The notes beneath the pieces were generated by a model. That model saw nothing but the letters and a program-made list of their open reading frames with translations. It was not told the origin of the DNA and made no database searches. 64,000 nt of DNA from Anthoceros angustus (Eukaryota > Plantae > Anthocerotophyta): contig VJWM01000313.1 in the NCBI GenBank assembly GCA_010909165.1, positions 19,343-83,342 of the forward strand, written 5' to 3'. Each line of letters starts with the position of its first letter. Within the stretch, counting starts at the first letter, position 1. Positions 11,261 to 21,936 of the stretch are shown one piece after another. The position numbers and the translations under genes were made by a program.

Positions 11261-14200
11261 TGTGGAAGACCACATGTACACTAACCCTCTACGAAGTGTC
11301 GGGATGAGCGATTTTTTTTGTTTTGGGTGTTTGTATAGCAAAGTGCTTTGAGAATCGCTGGGTAAGGTCTTTTATCGAGAATGGTCCTTGGCCCTTGGGA
11401 TAATAATTTTCTTTTTGGACCTTAGGTTTCGACCCCATAGGTAGGTCGGAAATAGAGTCCTTAGGTTTTGGTGATTTTGGAATATGAGTGTCTATATATG
11501 CTAGGGTGCCTCACAATATGCCGATTGGGTAGTCAAGTGGGAGGTGGCAGTTCCACCACGGTGGCGAAGAGCAGGACGTCTGGACAGGAGTTTACAACCC
11601 TAGTGGCGGAGGCGGGGTGCGCAGTCGGGCGCGAAGGACACCAGCCTGGTCGCGAATTTCAGGCAGGCGTCGGAGGCGGGCTGCAAGCTGCGGCGCATCT
11701 AGCTGCTGGGCAGTCTCTTTATTTGTCTGGAGGTAGTAGAGCGTCGCGTCAGTCACGGCGGTGGCGGCGGAGGAAACAGTGAAGTAGCGAAGGAGGAAAA
11801 AGAGGCGGCGAGGCAGGCGCGAGTGGAAGAAGTGTGCAAGGGTGGTGTTCCCTTTTCGATGCGGTGGGTGGGTTCTTTGAAACAAGGAGAAAGGAGATGG
11901 CGCTCGGCCGAAATCCCACCTGCGGTGGCCCAACATGGACCCTTTGGAAGGTGAGGCAGCGTGCGGGGCTGGGCTGGAATTTATGGAGAAGAAATGGTGT
12001 TCTGACGGTGGCATTGGTGCAAGAGTCGCCCGGCAATTGAGAACCAAGTTGCAAGAGGCGGAGGAAGAGGCGCGGGATTTGGGGCTCTTTCGAGGCGATG
12101 TATGCATCGGAGGATGGAGCTTGGTAATTGACCCCGGAGAAAGACCACGAGGCTGCGGCGCTCATGAAACTGGAAGTGAGGTGAACAATGGATGGGTGAC
12201 TCGCCAACTCGTGTATACTGGTGGTGGGATTAGCCAAGTGGATTTTGTGTTTCTGCAGCCGGAAGTTGGATCATATGGCGGACCACTTCTGGTCTTTCTT
12301 CATGAGGTGGTTAAAGGTACACAAATCGATTGGAGGATGATCTTTGAAGAGCACATGTGAGGAGGCGTTGCTCTCCCTTCCCTCGGCCCTCCTTGATTTC
12401 ACCTTTTCTAATTCATGTATTCGCGCATTCGGGTGTCTAGCGGAGTTGGGGTGTCGCCCTTCATAGCTGGCGGTCGGGGAACTCAAGGTAGAGGAGGAGT
12501 GTAAGGAGGATTAGGAAGGATTCCGGGATTGGGAATCGCCTCCCTAGAAGATTCGGATGAAGGTGGGGAGGTTTCCAAGGGCAAGAAGCGGGCGGCAGTG
12601 AGCAGGGGTCGGCGAAGAAGGAAGGACGACGGAAGAGGAACCTGACCACCTAGGGTCAGTCGAAATCGGCGCGAGGAGCAGGTGAAGGAGGAGAAAATAA
12701 AGGAAGCGACAAGTTGTCCCCTCGAGGAGGTCGCTGCGCTAGGAGATTGGAGGCGGATGAGGAGTGGCAAACCAACCCCTAGAAGAAGAGGGGTTAGTTT
12801 GAGCCAAGTCATGACGGACTCGGACACATTTTTGGCGACATTTCAGACCCGTCCGGTGAAGTGGAAGGTGACACCGCTCGCGTCACGAAATTGTTGTGGA
12901 GGGAATGGGCAGGGGCAGAATTCGAATCTGAGGCCCGACTTGACCATGGCTCGAGAGGCGGATCTCCTCGACCATGGCTCTCACACAGGCGAGTGTGCGA
13001 GACAGGGAGAAGTTGCTCAAGGAAGTTGGAGGCACAGGCGAGAACAAGGTGGCGGAGGAGGCAGGAATCTGCGGCCCTATGCAAGGCACGGAGGCGGCTA
13101 AGGCCATGTCCACCCAGGAGGCCTTAGTGAATCGAGGTCAAGGCGCATGCTGAGGAGCTTCAAGATGAGGTCTCATGAGTCGAGGCGGTGGAAACAATGG
13201 CGCCTGGAGAAATTCAAGGGCGGAGAGATAGCGAGAGAGGAGCTAGGGCCGAGTCAAGAGAGGCCAAAGCAGAAGAAGGCGAGCCACGGCGATGGCGAAG
13301 CAACCACCGTGGAAACCACCAGTGGCTAAACCGGCCACCGTCGCGGAAGGAGGCAGGGTGGGGAAGCCAGCAGAGCGCAGATGGGGCAGATCACAAACCA
13401 GTAGGCCCGAGATTGTCCACGGAGAGGTAAGGACCTCTATCGAAGGCGTATTGTGCTGCGGCGTCGGATGAGGATGCTCATGTCACAGCCCACGCATGGT
13501 GAGCGGGGTGCTCACTCTAAATGTATGTGGTTGTTGGGACGGGAGGCGAAACTATTGGTGCACATCTTGGCCGCCAGGCGGTGGTTCTTGAATAGGGCCT
13601 ACCCCAGGTAGTCGAGGAGATGGCGGGCGGAGGCGTGGAGGGAGGAGCACGGTATGGGCATCCGATGAGGCGGGGAATGATGCATAGGGCCTATAGCGCA
13701 GCGCCCGAAGGCGCGAAGCAGCGGCGAGGCGAGGTGGAGGTTTGGGGAGAATCGCTCGGATCGGGCGTGGCGGCGAGAGGACTATGGGCGTGGGGCTAGG
13801 CGGCAACCAGAGGCGGTATTTTAGGGCGACATCATAGGTCCGGGGTTTCCTTTTGGGGTTAGGGGATAGGATGTTTTGAGGAGCCTGTGTGTAGTTCTGG
13901 ATTGGTAGGCGCTCGTGGTAGAGCTATTTTTGAACCTTTGGTAGAGTGGTGTGGAGCCACACTAGATGTATAAGAGACCCTTGAGTGTCTCTCTTGACGA
14001 TTTCGGTGTGAACTTGGTGAATCCTGCGGCGGGGTTGATTGGAGGCGTCGATCGACAAACGTTCGATGCAGCCTTCTCGTCACAAGAAGGCGGGAAGATC
14101 CTGGATGGTCGAGGCGGAGTGGCCAAGCTCACGTTTGGGGCGGAATTGGTGAGGCGTCGTAGCTGGAAGCGGGGCAAGGTTGCTGCGGAAAGTGAGTGAG

Positions 14201-14837
14201 ATCGGGCGGGTGAATCGCCTCTTGACCTGCCTCCTCTCCCCCTCCTGCTGCCATCAGGCGTGTTTAATTCTATGAGGGGGAGTCATGTGGCCGGGGTGAG
14301 AGTGTGGCAGGAAGAGGGGTATCCATGTGTGGGAAAGGTTCTTGGCGAAGGGGTGGCGTGCGTGTGTGGGAGGCGGGGAAAATCGTGTGCGTTTTGAGAA
14401 AGCGGGGTGATAGAAAGGCGGCAGTGGTCTGAGGAGGTCGGCGCGGAGGCGAGATTTCATGACGGGGTCGTGGTGCCTAATTTGGAAGTTACGGACTTCC
14501 CTGTGAGAGAATTAGAAGGTGTGAGTCTAGGTGTGTGTGTGTGTAAAGCCATAACTCTCGGAGACCTCGCCGGGGAGCGGTGACAACCCACGGCCTGTAG
14601 CGGCAGTGGTGGTGCCGCTACGGTGGTTGAATCAACCGCTGCGGTGGTGAGCACCCTTCGGTGGTTGGATCTCCACAGTGTTGTTTGGGGTAAAGATCGG
14701 TTGTGGTAGGTCTAGGACCCGTAGTTTAGAACATCTTGACACAAAACCATTCCCTTGGGATCGAATCCTAGGACTATAACGACATAGAGGGTAATGTGGC
14801 CTCTTTGCGCCTTTGGACAGAAACCCCATTCCACACA
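11261..14837 (+). mobile_element. 3.6-kb solo LTR (or LTR-bounded deletion derivative) of a Gypsy-related family, containing an ORF remnant
   Basis: Starts TGTGGAA and ends TTCCACA(CA), with a 5-bp TSD CACAT at 11256-11260 and 14838-14842. The flanks rejoin into the Gypsy protease region (cf. 32541-32575). No gag/pol motifs inside. Contains ORF 11935-12360(+). Confidence 0.8.
11935..12360 (+). CDS. LTR-internal ORF remnant resembling the extra ORF of the Gypsy B family
   Basis: VNNGWVTRQL...FVFLQP...LLVFLHEVVKGTQIDWRMIFEEHM compares with AKNGWK...SQADWG/TIMYEAY at 27400-28100 and 40400-41100. Charged low-complexity frames follow (12680-13430). Confidence 0.5.
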   Translation: MDPLEGEAACGAGLEFMEKKWCSDGGIGARVARQLRTKLQEAEEEARDLGLFRGDVCIGGWSLVIDPGERPRGCGAHETGSEVNNGWVTRQLVYTGGGISQVDFVFLQPEVGSYGGPLLVFLHEVVKGTQIDWRMIFEEHM

Positions 14838-15400
14838 CACATGCGATTGTACAACCAAGGCACGCCTATCAAAACCTTGTAGCCTAAATCAGCCCGCGCA
14901 TCACAATGTAAGTGAGGTGGAAGGTGAGACCCCAATCACGGTTTGGTTCTTCTTAACACTCAATAGCTTCCTTCTTGTTTGATACGACCATCCGCAAAAA
15001 CACTTTCGTGAGTGGAACTCGGTGAACCCAAGTTGATATTTGTCTCCTCCGTCATCAAGTTGACTCGATCACGAATCAGCGCATTGGGCACCAAGCATCC
15101 ACACAATTTCAACTCAATCTAGGGGTAAAATCAACAAGTTCGACATTTACCTCCAGCGTTTCCTCCCACCCCACTACTTGAGATTCCTCGATCGCTTCTT
15201 TACAATTTTGCGGGATCTCGGACTCACATAATGGCTGTCTGGACCACACCGGCAGTCAAGCAATGCGTCAAGCCCGGAGATCTTATCGACAAGTTCCTCC
15301 CGTTTGCAACACGGCGGCTGGTCGGCTCAAACCTTATTGGTAAAGTTCTGATTCCATGGTCCCTCACAGGGTGGGGCCGGAGGAGCCATTCTGCATACCG
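14838..15400 (-). mobile_element. Ty3/Gypsy copy A, right part (aspartic protease region)
   Basis: Colinear with 32560-33050 (CCTATCAAAACC, GAACTCGGTGAACCCAAGTTGAT, CTTATTGGTAAAGTT). Confidence 0.8.
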
Positions 15401-15793
15401 CTCACGAGGTGTCTCATACAAAAGCCCGGCGCCTCCATGCAATATAGGTGCTCTCGTGGTCGTGCAAGCGCCATGGCCACACATCGGCCCACCAACACCT
15501 ATCATAGATGGATTACCAACGGGTTTCCTATGCACTTTTCGGTTGGTAGATGGGCCATGGGACATTATTCCGTTTATTTTAAGCAATTGATATTCCATGA
15601 TACTCATATTGGGCTATCTAGGCATTTCCCGTATTCATGTTTTCCTTGTATTTAGGTATTTTCTTAAAAACATATTTTTGGAAATGTTTTTCCTCTAGCC
15701 TAATTCATTTCTTTATGAACTTAAGTTTGGAGTATGTTCTTAAGCTCCTAGTTTCCTATTTAGTGGGAGTTAGGCTATGTCGTTTGGCTCTTT

Positions 15794-15950
15794 AGGTAGC
15801 TAATTTTCACCCCTACTTCATAGTGAGTGAGAGTGATGAAATGTTTGACATGTTAGGGCCCTCTTCGTAAGGTAGCTAATTTTCACCCCTACTTCATAGT
15901 GAGTGAGAGTGATGAAATATTTGACATATAAGGGCCCTATTCATAAGGTA
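15794..15950. repeat. Tandem duplication, 2 x 76 bp
   Basis: AGGTAGCTAATTTTCACCCCTACTTCATAGTGAGTGAGAGTGATGAAAT... starts at 15794 and again at 15870. Confidence 0.9.
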
Positions 15951-16046
15951 TCCTTTAAACTATAGAATTAACATTATTTATTTCTTAGGGCTACAACTAG
16001 TTTAATTAGTTACTTAATTTGTTATTTGGTTACAACAATCTATAAC

Positions 16047-17119
16047 AGCGTGTGGGTGGAAAGGGGTTTCTCCAGTGACCCCATTTTGCACACGCCCGAA
16101 CTCTTGCGGATGCCAAATTGCAAGCCGAAAAATCCGTATTGAAAACAGCAGTTTTGAAGAGTTTAGGTCTTATTTACGCATTTACAAATGTATTTGATTT
16201 TAAACTTTATCAAATTCTGAGGTATCCTAAAAGAAGGCCACTCTCACGACCCGACGTGTACCAACATTTACGGTTTTAGGGCCTCTACTTGATTACGATC
16301 ATAAACAAGTTTGCGCAACAACTTTCACCTCAATCCTAAGACTATACTCTCACTATGTGAATTCTATAGGACTTTGTTTCTCAAACATTGGCGATAGTAT
16401 CTTCATTGATCTAATGCTCTTGATCCGCGTGCAATGCGAATGAGATTGGTATGGTAGACGCACTTGGAGTGCCAGCGTCTCAAGATTCAAAAGAATGGTT
16501 CTCACTACTAGTTCAAAGCTTTGATCACTACAACAAAAGATGAGGGCTAAGTCAAGATGAGGACATATTCAAATTAGGGAGGTGCACAAAAAGGGTTGAA
16601 AACACCAAAAGGAATCTTTTAAAACAACAAATTAAAAAATTCCAAAAAATGCACGAAAAGGCCAAAATTTTATAGCAAGTGCACTCACTTGCCCGAGAAC
16701 CTGAATTTTTCTTTTTTTTTTGGGATGTATTTCGTATGTTTTTGGATTTTTTGCTTATTTTGTGCAAATAGGCTTGCACACTCCCACGTTGGGTGCGCAA
16801 ACCTATCTGCGCACTCATCTCGTTCCGTTTGTTTTCTAACAGAAATGCTTGTATGGGATGAAGGGCGGACATGCGAAATAACAGCGATGGTTCTCCTTAT
16901 TTTCACCCCAAAATTATGTGTCCACCCATGGATGCGGTACATTGAGACCAAATGAAAATACAGGGTGTGGGGCCGCGACTTTGAACACCACATTTAAATT
17001 AGCAAACACCCTTAAAAAAAGCCTAAAACAAAAGGAATGCGCATTTTTGCCCAAAAAACGACGGGATTTTAACCATAACTCCTTTTTGCCGGAGAAACCC
17101 CTTTCTACCCAGAGGTTAT
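16047..17119. mobile_element. Non-coding MITE-like insertion (1.07 kb) with an 8-bp TSD (hAT-like TSD length)
   Basis: TCTATAAC at 16039-16046 and 17120-17127. A near-terminal inverted repeat spans 16053-16075 and 17089-17111 (21/23 match). A paralogous empty site lies at about 18640-18800, with a single CCTATAAC at 18706-18713. Confidence 0.75.
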
Positions 17120-18447
17120 TCTATAACCACATACTTCGTATAAATATTATGTACTTTTCATTATGATAATCAATGCATAAGATCCTTTGAGCTTGTCCTT
17201 GATTCTCGTCATGACTTTCTGTGCATGTTAATCAAACTGCCGGCTACATACACATCGCCTCTCCTTGTCCTATGGTCCTATGTATGTAGCTGCCTACTAG
17301 GATGCAAAGCGCTCTAGAGGAGCAAGGCGGCCATACCTGCACATGCCTGCGGCAGGCTCACAAATAACGAGAAGGCAATAGATTTGGGTAGAGCCATGCC
17401 CTCTTCTTGCACAGCACAATGGAGGAAGGTCTGAATGCCATGCCGGGGATATCCTTGCATACGGACTTGGTAAAAAGCATGTAGTGACGGGCTGCCTATT
17501 TGATCAATTGATTTGTTGATTGATTAATGCATATATTTTCTTTTCCTTCTATTTTGGTAGATCACGTGAGATCAAGATCCAAGGAGATAATTGTACGCTA
17601 TATATGTATGTGCTAGTGGAAAAGACTATCATAAAAAGTAGTTACACTTCTAAGATAGTATGCTATACATGCATGTCTTAGTATGAAAGACTACCATAAA
17701 GAGTAATTCCTCACTATATATCGTGATATCATAGCAAGAAAGATAATATATCATATAAAGTGAGTATACGCTCTTGCAAAAATTAGCACTTGTTCTTGCA
17801 AAGAACCAATTTGATAGTTCAAAATGAAATCAAAACAAAACTCCATGAACTTTCTAAAGCCGTTCTGGGTCTTAGAAGTAATGCATGTGATGAGGATAGC
17901 AATGGAAAAGAAAGCAAGAAGCCTATGAAAGGGTACATAGTTGTGGAGTGGGGATGAAAGGATTAGGTTTCCTCTTTCAATGGACGAGCTCAACCATGCC
18001 TTGTTCAGCCCTTATTAGACTATACTGGCTGAGTTTGGCTTTCTTCAAAAGGCAACTTGCGATTCCTTGCAATGTAGAGTTGTTCAAGAGATTGCTTCAA
18101 TTTATCAGGAGTAAGCCACCGATACCAACTTCAACCTATCAAAGCATTCTTCATCATCATTGCACACGAAAGTTGGCTTTATGTCACAAGTGTCAGGAGC
18201 TGAACCCTATTGAGTAGATTCCTCTTTCATAACGTTGTAGTCCCTAGTAGTTGTGCGCACGTAATGATGGGAGAATATGCAAACATGAGAATCAAGGTTG
18301 GAAGAATATGCGGACGATTGTGTCAAATATGCTTAGTTTCAACTCGAAAAGTTAGCTTAGCCATAATTTTATTACTTTATTTTCAAAGCGAACCTCCCGA
18401 GAATATGAAGGTAGAAAATTGTAAGTTAGATTTTTAAGTTACAAGAC

Positions 18448-18600
18448 TTCATGGAATGCGAAGACAACACTCCATCACTTCCATGGTGAACTACACATGT
18501 GTGGTAGATCTCTTGGGCGAGCAAGAGAACTTGTGAGGCGTGATATTAACATGCTCTCGAAAATCGCGGCGGACCACATTATTTAGTATACCAAGTGCAG
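18448..18600 (+). pseudogene. Short pentatricopeptide-repeat (PLS-class PPR) gene remnant
   Basis: 18492-18545 reads YTCVVDLLG(R)A..L..A.DI.M, matching the HYxCMVDLLGRAGxLxEAxxxIxxM consensus of PLS-class PPR repeats. Only about one repeat, frameshifted. Confidence 0.5.
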
Positions 18601-21600
18601 ATTTGGTGTTGAATGATATTGATATTTTTAGAAATTAAAATTATTTAATCTTTAGGGCTAGAAGTAGTTTAATTGATTACTTAATTGGTTATTTGGTTAC
18701 AACAACCTATAACCTACTTCACAAATATTATATACTTTCTATTATTATAATCAATGCATAAGATCCTTTGAGCAAGTCCTTGATTCTCTTCATGGTTTTG
18801 AGCACAGGCGATTTTTGTACTAGTGTAGAGGATACATCCTCTGTATCATCAATGACACATATTGCAAGATGCCAAAACCTAGGACTTTGGCCGCGGTCCA
18901 CGCTAATGTGTGTGATATGAGGAGGATGTCAATAACACCACCGCCATTTGGACTCATCTACTCGGGTACGAGAGGCAAAGCTTAGCAATTTCCCTCATGC
19001 CTTTGCCACTCATGCTCACTATCCAATCAGCGGAATGTAGCGTCGAGAGATCACGCTTCACTCACAACTCACTCGGTGTGGTAAGAGCTTCTAGATCCTT
19101 TTCAAAGCGGAGATGACTAGACAAGCAAGATACTGTGAACTTATGGAGCTTTCCTCGTGCTTGTCCGTCAGTCAGTCTGAGATGCCAAAAGTTGCTACTA
19201 TCGAGAGATGTTGCTGTTGATCGTGTTTAGGGTGTGGTAGGAAAACCAGGGCACTCGAGACTCTCCCACTATAATGACCACACTTATCCCACTTTGTCAC
19301 TTGTCGTTGGGTTTCGTCCCATGAGACTTGTGTGAAAGTTCGAGGCCTTGTGCGATGCCGTCGCTACTGCGAGAGACACACTTCTCAGCCTTCTAAAGCA
19401 AGGCGCCCTCTACTCACCCCCGGTGCCCTGCACCGAAAAATCACCAATCCTCGACCTACAGCGACACAACACAATTGCGAGGTCACGCCTTAGCGAGGAG
19501 CCTATCACGGGCGCCAGGGACCCCCAGTCCACACCGATTTCGTCCCTACTTCTAAGACCACTCTTCTCCACTCGGGGCGCTCTTTTACTTGATTTGGGAT
19601 TCGTCCCTTAGGCTCACATGGCCTTCCACTAACACCTACACCTCTAATCCTCTACTCATCTCCTCATCCTCTTCCTCCTATTCTAACCTCGATTCGGGCT
19701 TCTTGGGACTAGCCCTTGCAGCTGGCACAGGGTCGGCCTCCACCGGCAAGTTCTTCCTTGGGCGGTTGCTATGAGTTTGACACGGCGAGAACCTCCGAGT
19801 CTTTCCTGTAGTCTACCCTCAAGCCGAGAGTTCACAGGCATTGCCACACACCCAAAGCAAAGCAATTTCACAGCAACCATTCACAAGGGGGCAACTCGTT
19901 TAGGCACTTGCGGAGCAAGTCCTCCACCAAGCACTCAGACCACCGCGACTTCCTCTCTACGACTGCGTTGGCTCACGGCCGAAATTCCTCTGTAATGGCA
20001 AAGGACTCGATGGGGTGGGCGCAAGGCGTGATACTTTACTTTGTGAAATCCTCCTCCTCTTATAGGAGGCCTTCCACATACAACCTCCCTTGGTGACCCT
20101 CTGCGGTCACCTTTTCCAATTTTCTATTATTTCCTACACTTGACATTTAAGGCTGGCATCTAAATCTCGTTGGTAAATTCTATTCTAGCAACTTCACCTA
20201 GATCATCCTTTAAAGGATGTCGACTTACATCACTGTCCTTTCTATTCTTCTATCTAGCATTTATGGTCTTTGACCATATCTAGTCTTCACCTTTTGGGGC
20301 GGGCCGTCCGTTGTGGATTGGCTCCCTCGCCCTCCTTTTTGCTCTTGCCCTTCCCGGCTTGTCATCTTCCTAATGTGTGGGGCAAGTACAATCTTGCCCT
20401 TCCTCCATCTCGTAGCGGCCATTCCTCCATCATCCAGCAATCGCCCCCTCCGCTCGGGCGCCTTTTCTCCAGCCTCGCTGGTGGCGCCTCATCATCGGCA
20501 CCCTACCGCGGTAGTCGGACTACGGGGTGACTTCTACCATGGTAGTCGATCTTCCCTTCTTCTCCATCGGCGATGCCTCTGTTGGATCTTCTTGCTCCTT
20601 CCTCTTGTTTGGTTTGTCCATACCTATCATGGAGCATCTTCAAGTCTTCCCCTCAATGTCGGATTTCCACTAATCCTTGGGCCTTTTTGCATCCTCTCCT
20701 CACAGCTGGCCTTCCCTTGCTCGTGGGGTGAGACTTCTCACCTCCTTCTCTCTTGGTGGGATCCGTCAGTCTCCTCAGGTGGGTTGTCTCTCCCCCCACC
20801 TCCTCTGCGGGGGTGTCACTACCCCGGCTCCTTCCTTCCTCGGCCCCAGCGGCGACTCCCCAGCCAGCCGCCTTCCACCGGTGGTCGGCGGACTACGTGG
20901 GGTGGTATCTACCCCGGTAGTCAGCGGACTACCGTGGTGGGATCCTCCGTGGTGGTGACCCCCAGGTGGGCTGTCCCCCCTCCTTGCTCTCCCGCCACCC
21001 TTCGCTTGGCGCTCCTCCTTCCTCCAGTTCCTCGGAGTCCATGTCACTTGTGGCCTCATCAAATCGAGGCCTTCCGGCTGCACTGCTGACTCCTTCATCA
21101 TCATCATGAGGACCCAATGTCCTCCTCTTGGCCAAGCAAGATCTCATTGGCCTTCAAAATCTATTGTGAGGTGAGCCCCAAGCTATGATATTGCATTTGG
21201 AGATCATCAATCTCCAGGCCATCTCCATCTCACACCTACCCTTGTAGGATCTCTTGTGGTCAATTCTCCCACCTTGACATGGAGGTTACATTCTCCTCCC
21301 TTGCTTCTTGGTGGCTGGCCAATTTTGCTGAAGGGCATAATGCCAAAATCTCCTCTTCCTCACCACATCACATGTACCACCTTTCTTGTGGTACTCCTCC
21401 TCTTGGAACCTCCTTTGTTCCCTTACCATTGTTAAAGTCTCTCCTTCTCACTTGCCCTCTTCCCTCGCTCTAGCTCTCTTGTACTGCTGATCTTGAGCCT
21501 TTAGCTCAGCGCTTCTCTTCAAATTGAGCGGTCTTCGCAATTCTTCTTGTCCGGATCTTGATGGCTTGTAGCCATCACTGCTCTTGCGTCCATTCTTTGG

Positions 21601-21936
21601 ACGCTACCTTCTCCTTAGAGCCTCGTTTGTTTTGCCCTTCGCTCTTGCTCTAATTGGGCAAAAGTGCTCCTCATATACATCTCCATGAGTCCCTTTGGGT
21701 TGTTGAATCTCTTTCTCTTTGACAACCTTCCCTCCGGACCTTCTCCATGGCGCGTTGATCCACAATCGGCTGAGCTTCTCTGACCTTCTCCAACTTGGCT
21801 GCCTTCTCGTCGGACTCCATGGCTTCAATTGCCACTTGGTCCTGCTTTCCTCCCATGTCTTGGGCTTTCACTTCTTCTTGGCATGCCCACAAGGCTGCTA
21901 GCTCCTAGCCCCTTCAAAATCCACATGGTGAGTGCT

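Noticed and set aside
14531-14544. (GT)7 microsatellite
   Set aside because: Short, ordinary simple repeat inside the solo LTR.
15794-15950. Direct repeats as a possible CRISPR array
   Set aside because: Two adjacent 76-bp units with no unique spacers and no cas genes, in a eukaryotic context.
16053-16075. MITE inverted repeat shares GGAA(A)GGGGTT with the MTase-transposon TIR
   Set aside because: Only a short purine run is shared. The termini and TSD lengths (8 bp versus 2-4 bp) differ, so no mobilisation link is claimed.
18940-19060. Possible hAT dimerisation-domain fragment on the - strand (GMREIAKLCLSYP)
   Set aside because: Too short and lacks the following ERxFS-type motif.
19226-19232. 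TTTAGGG next to the Gypsy LTR end
   Set aside because: A single telomere-like heptamer is expected by chance; no array.
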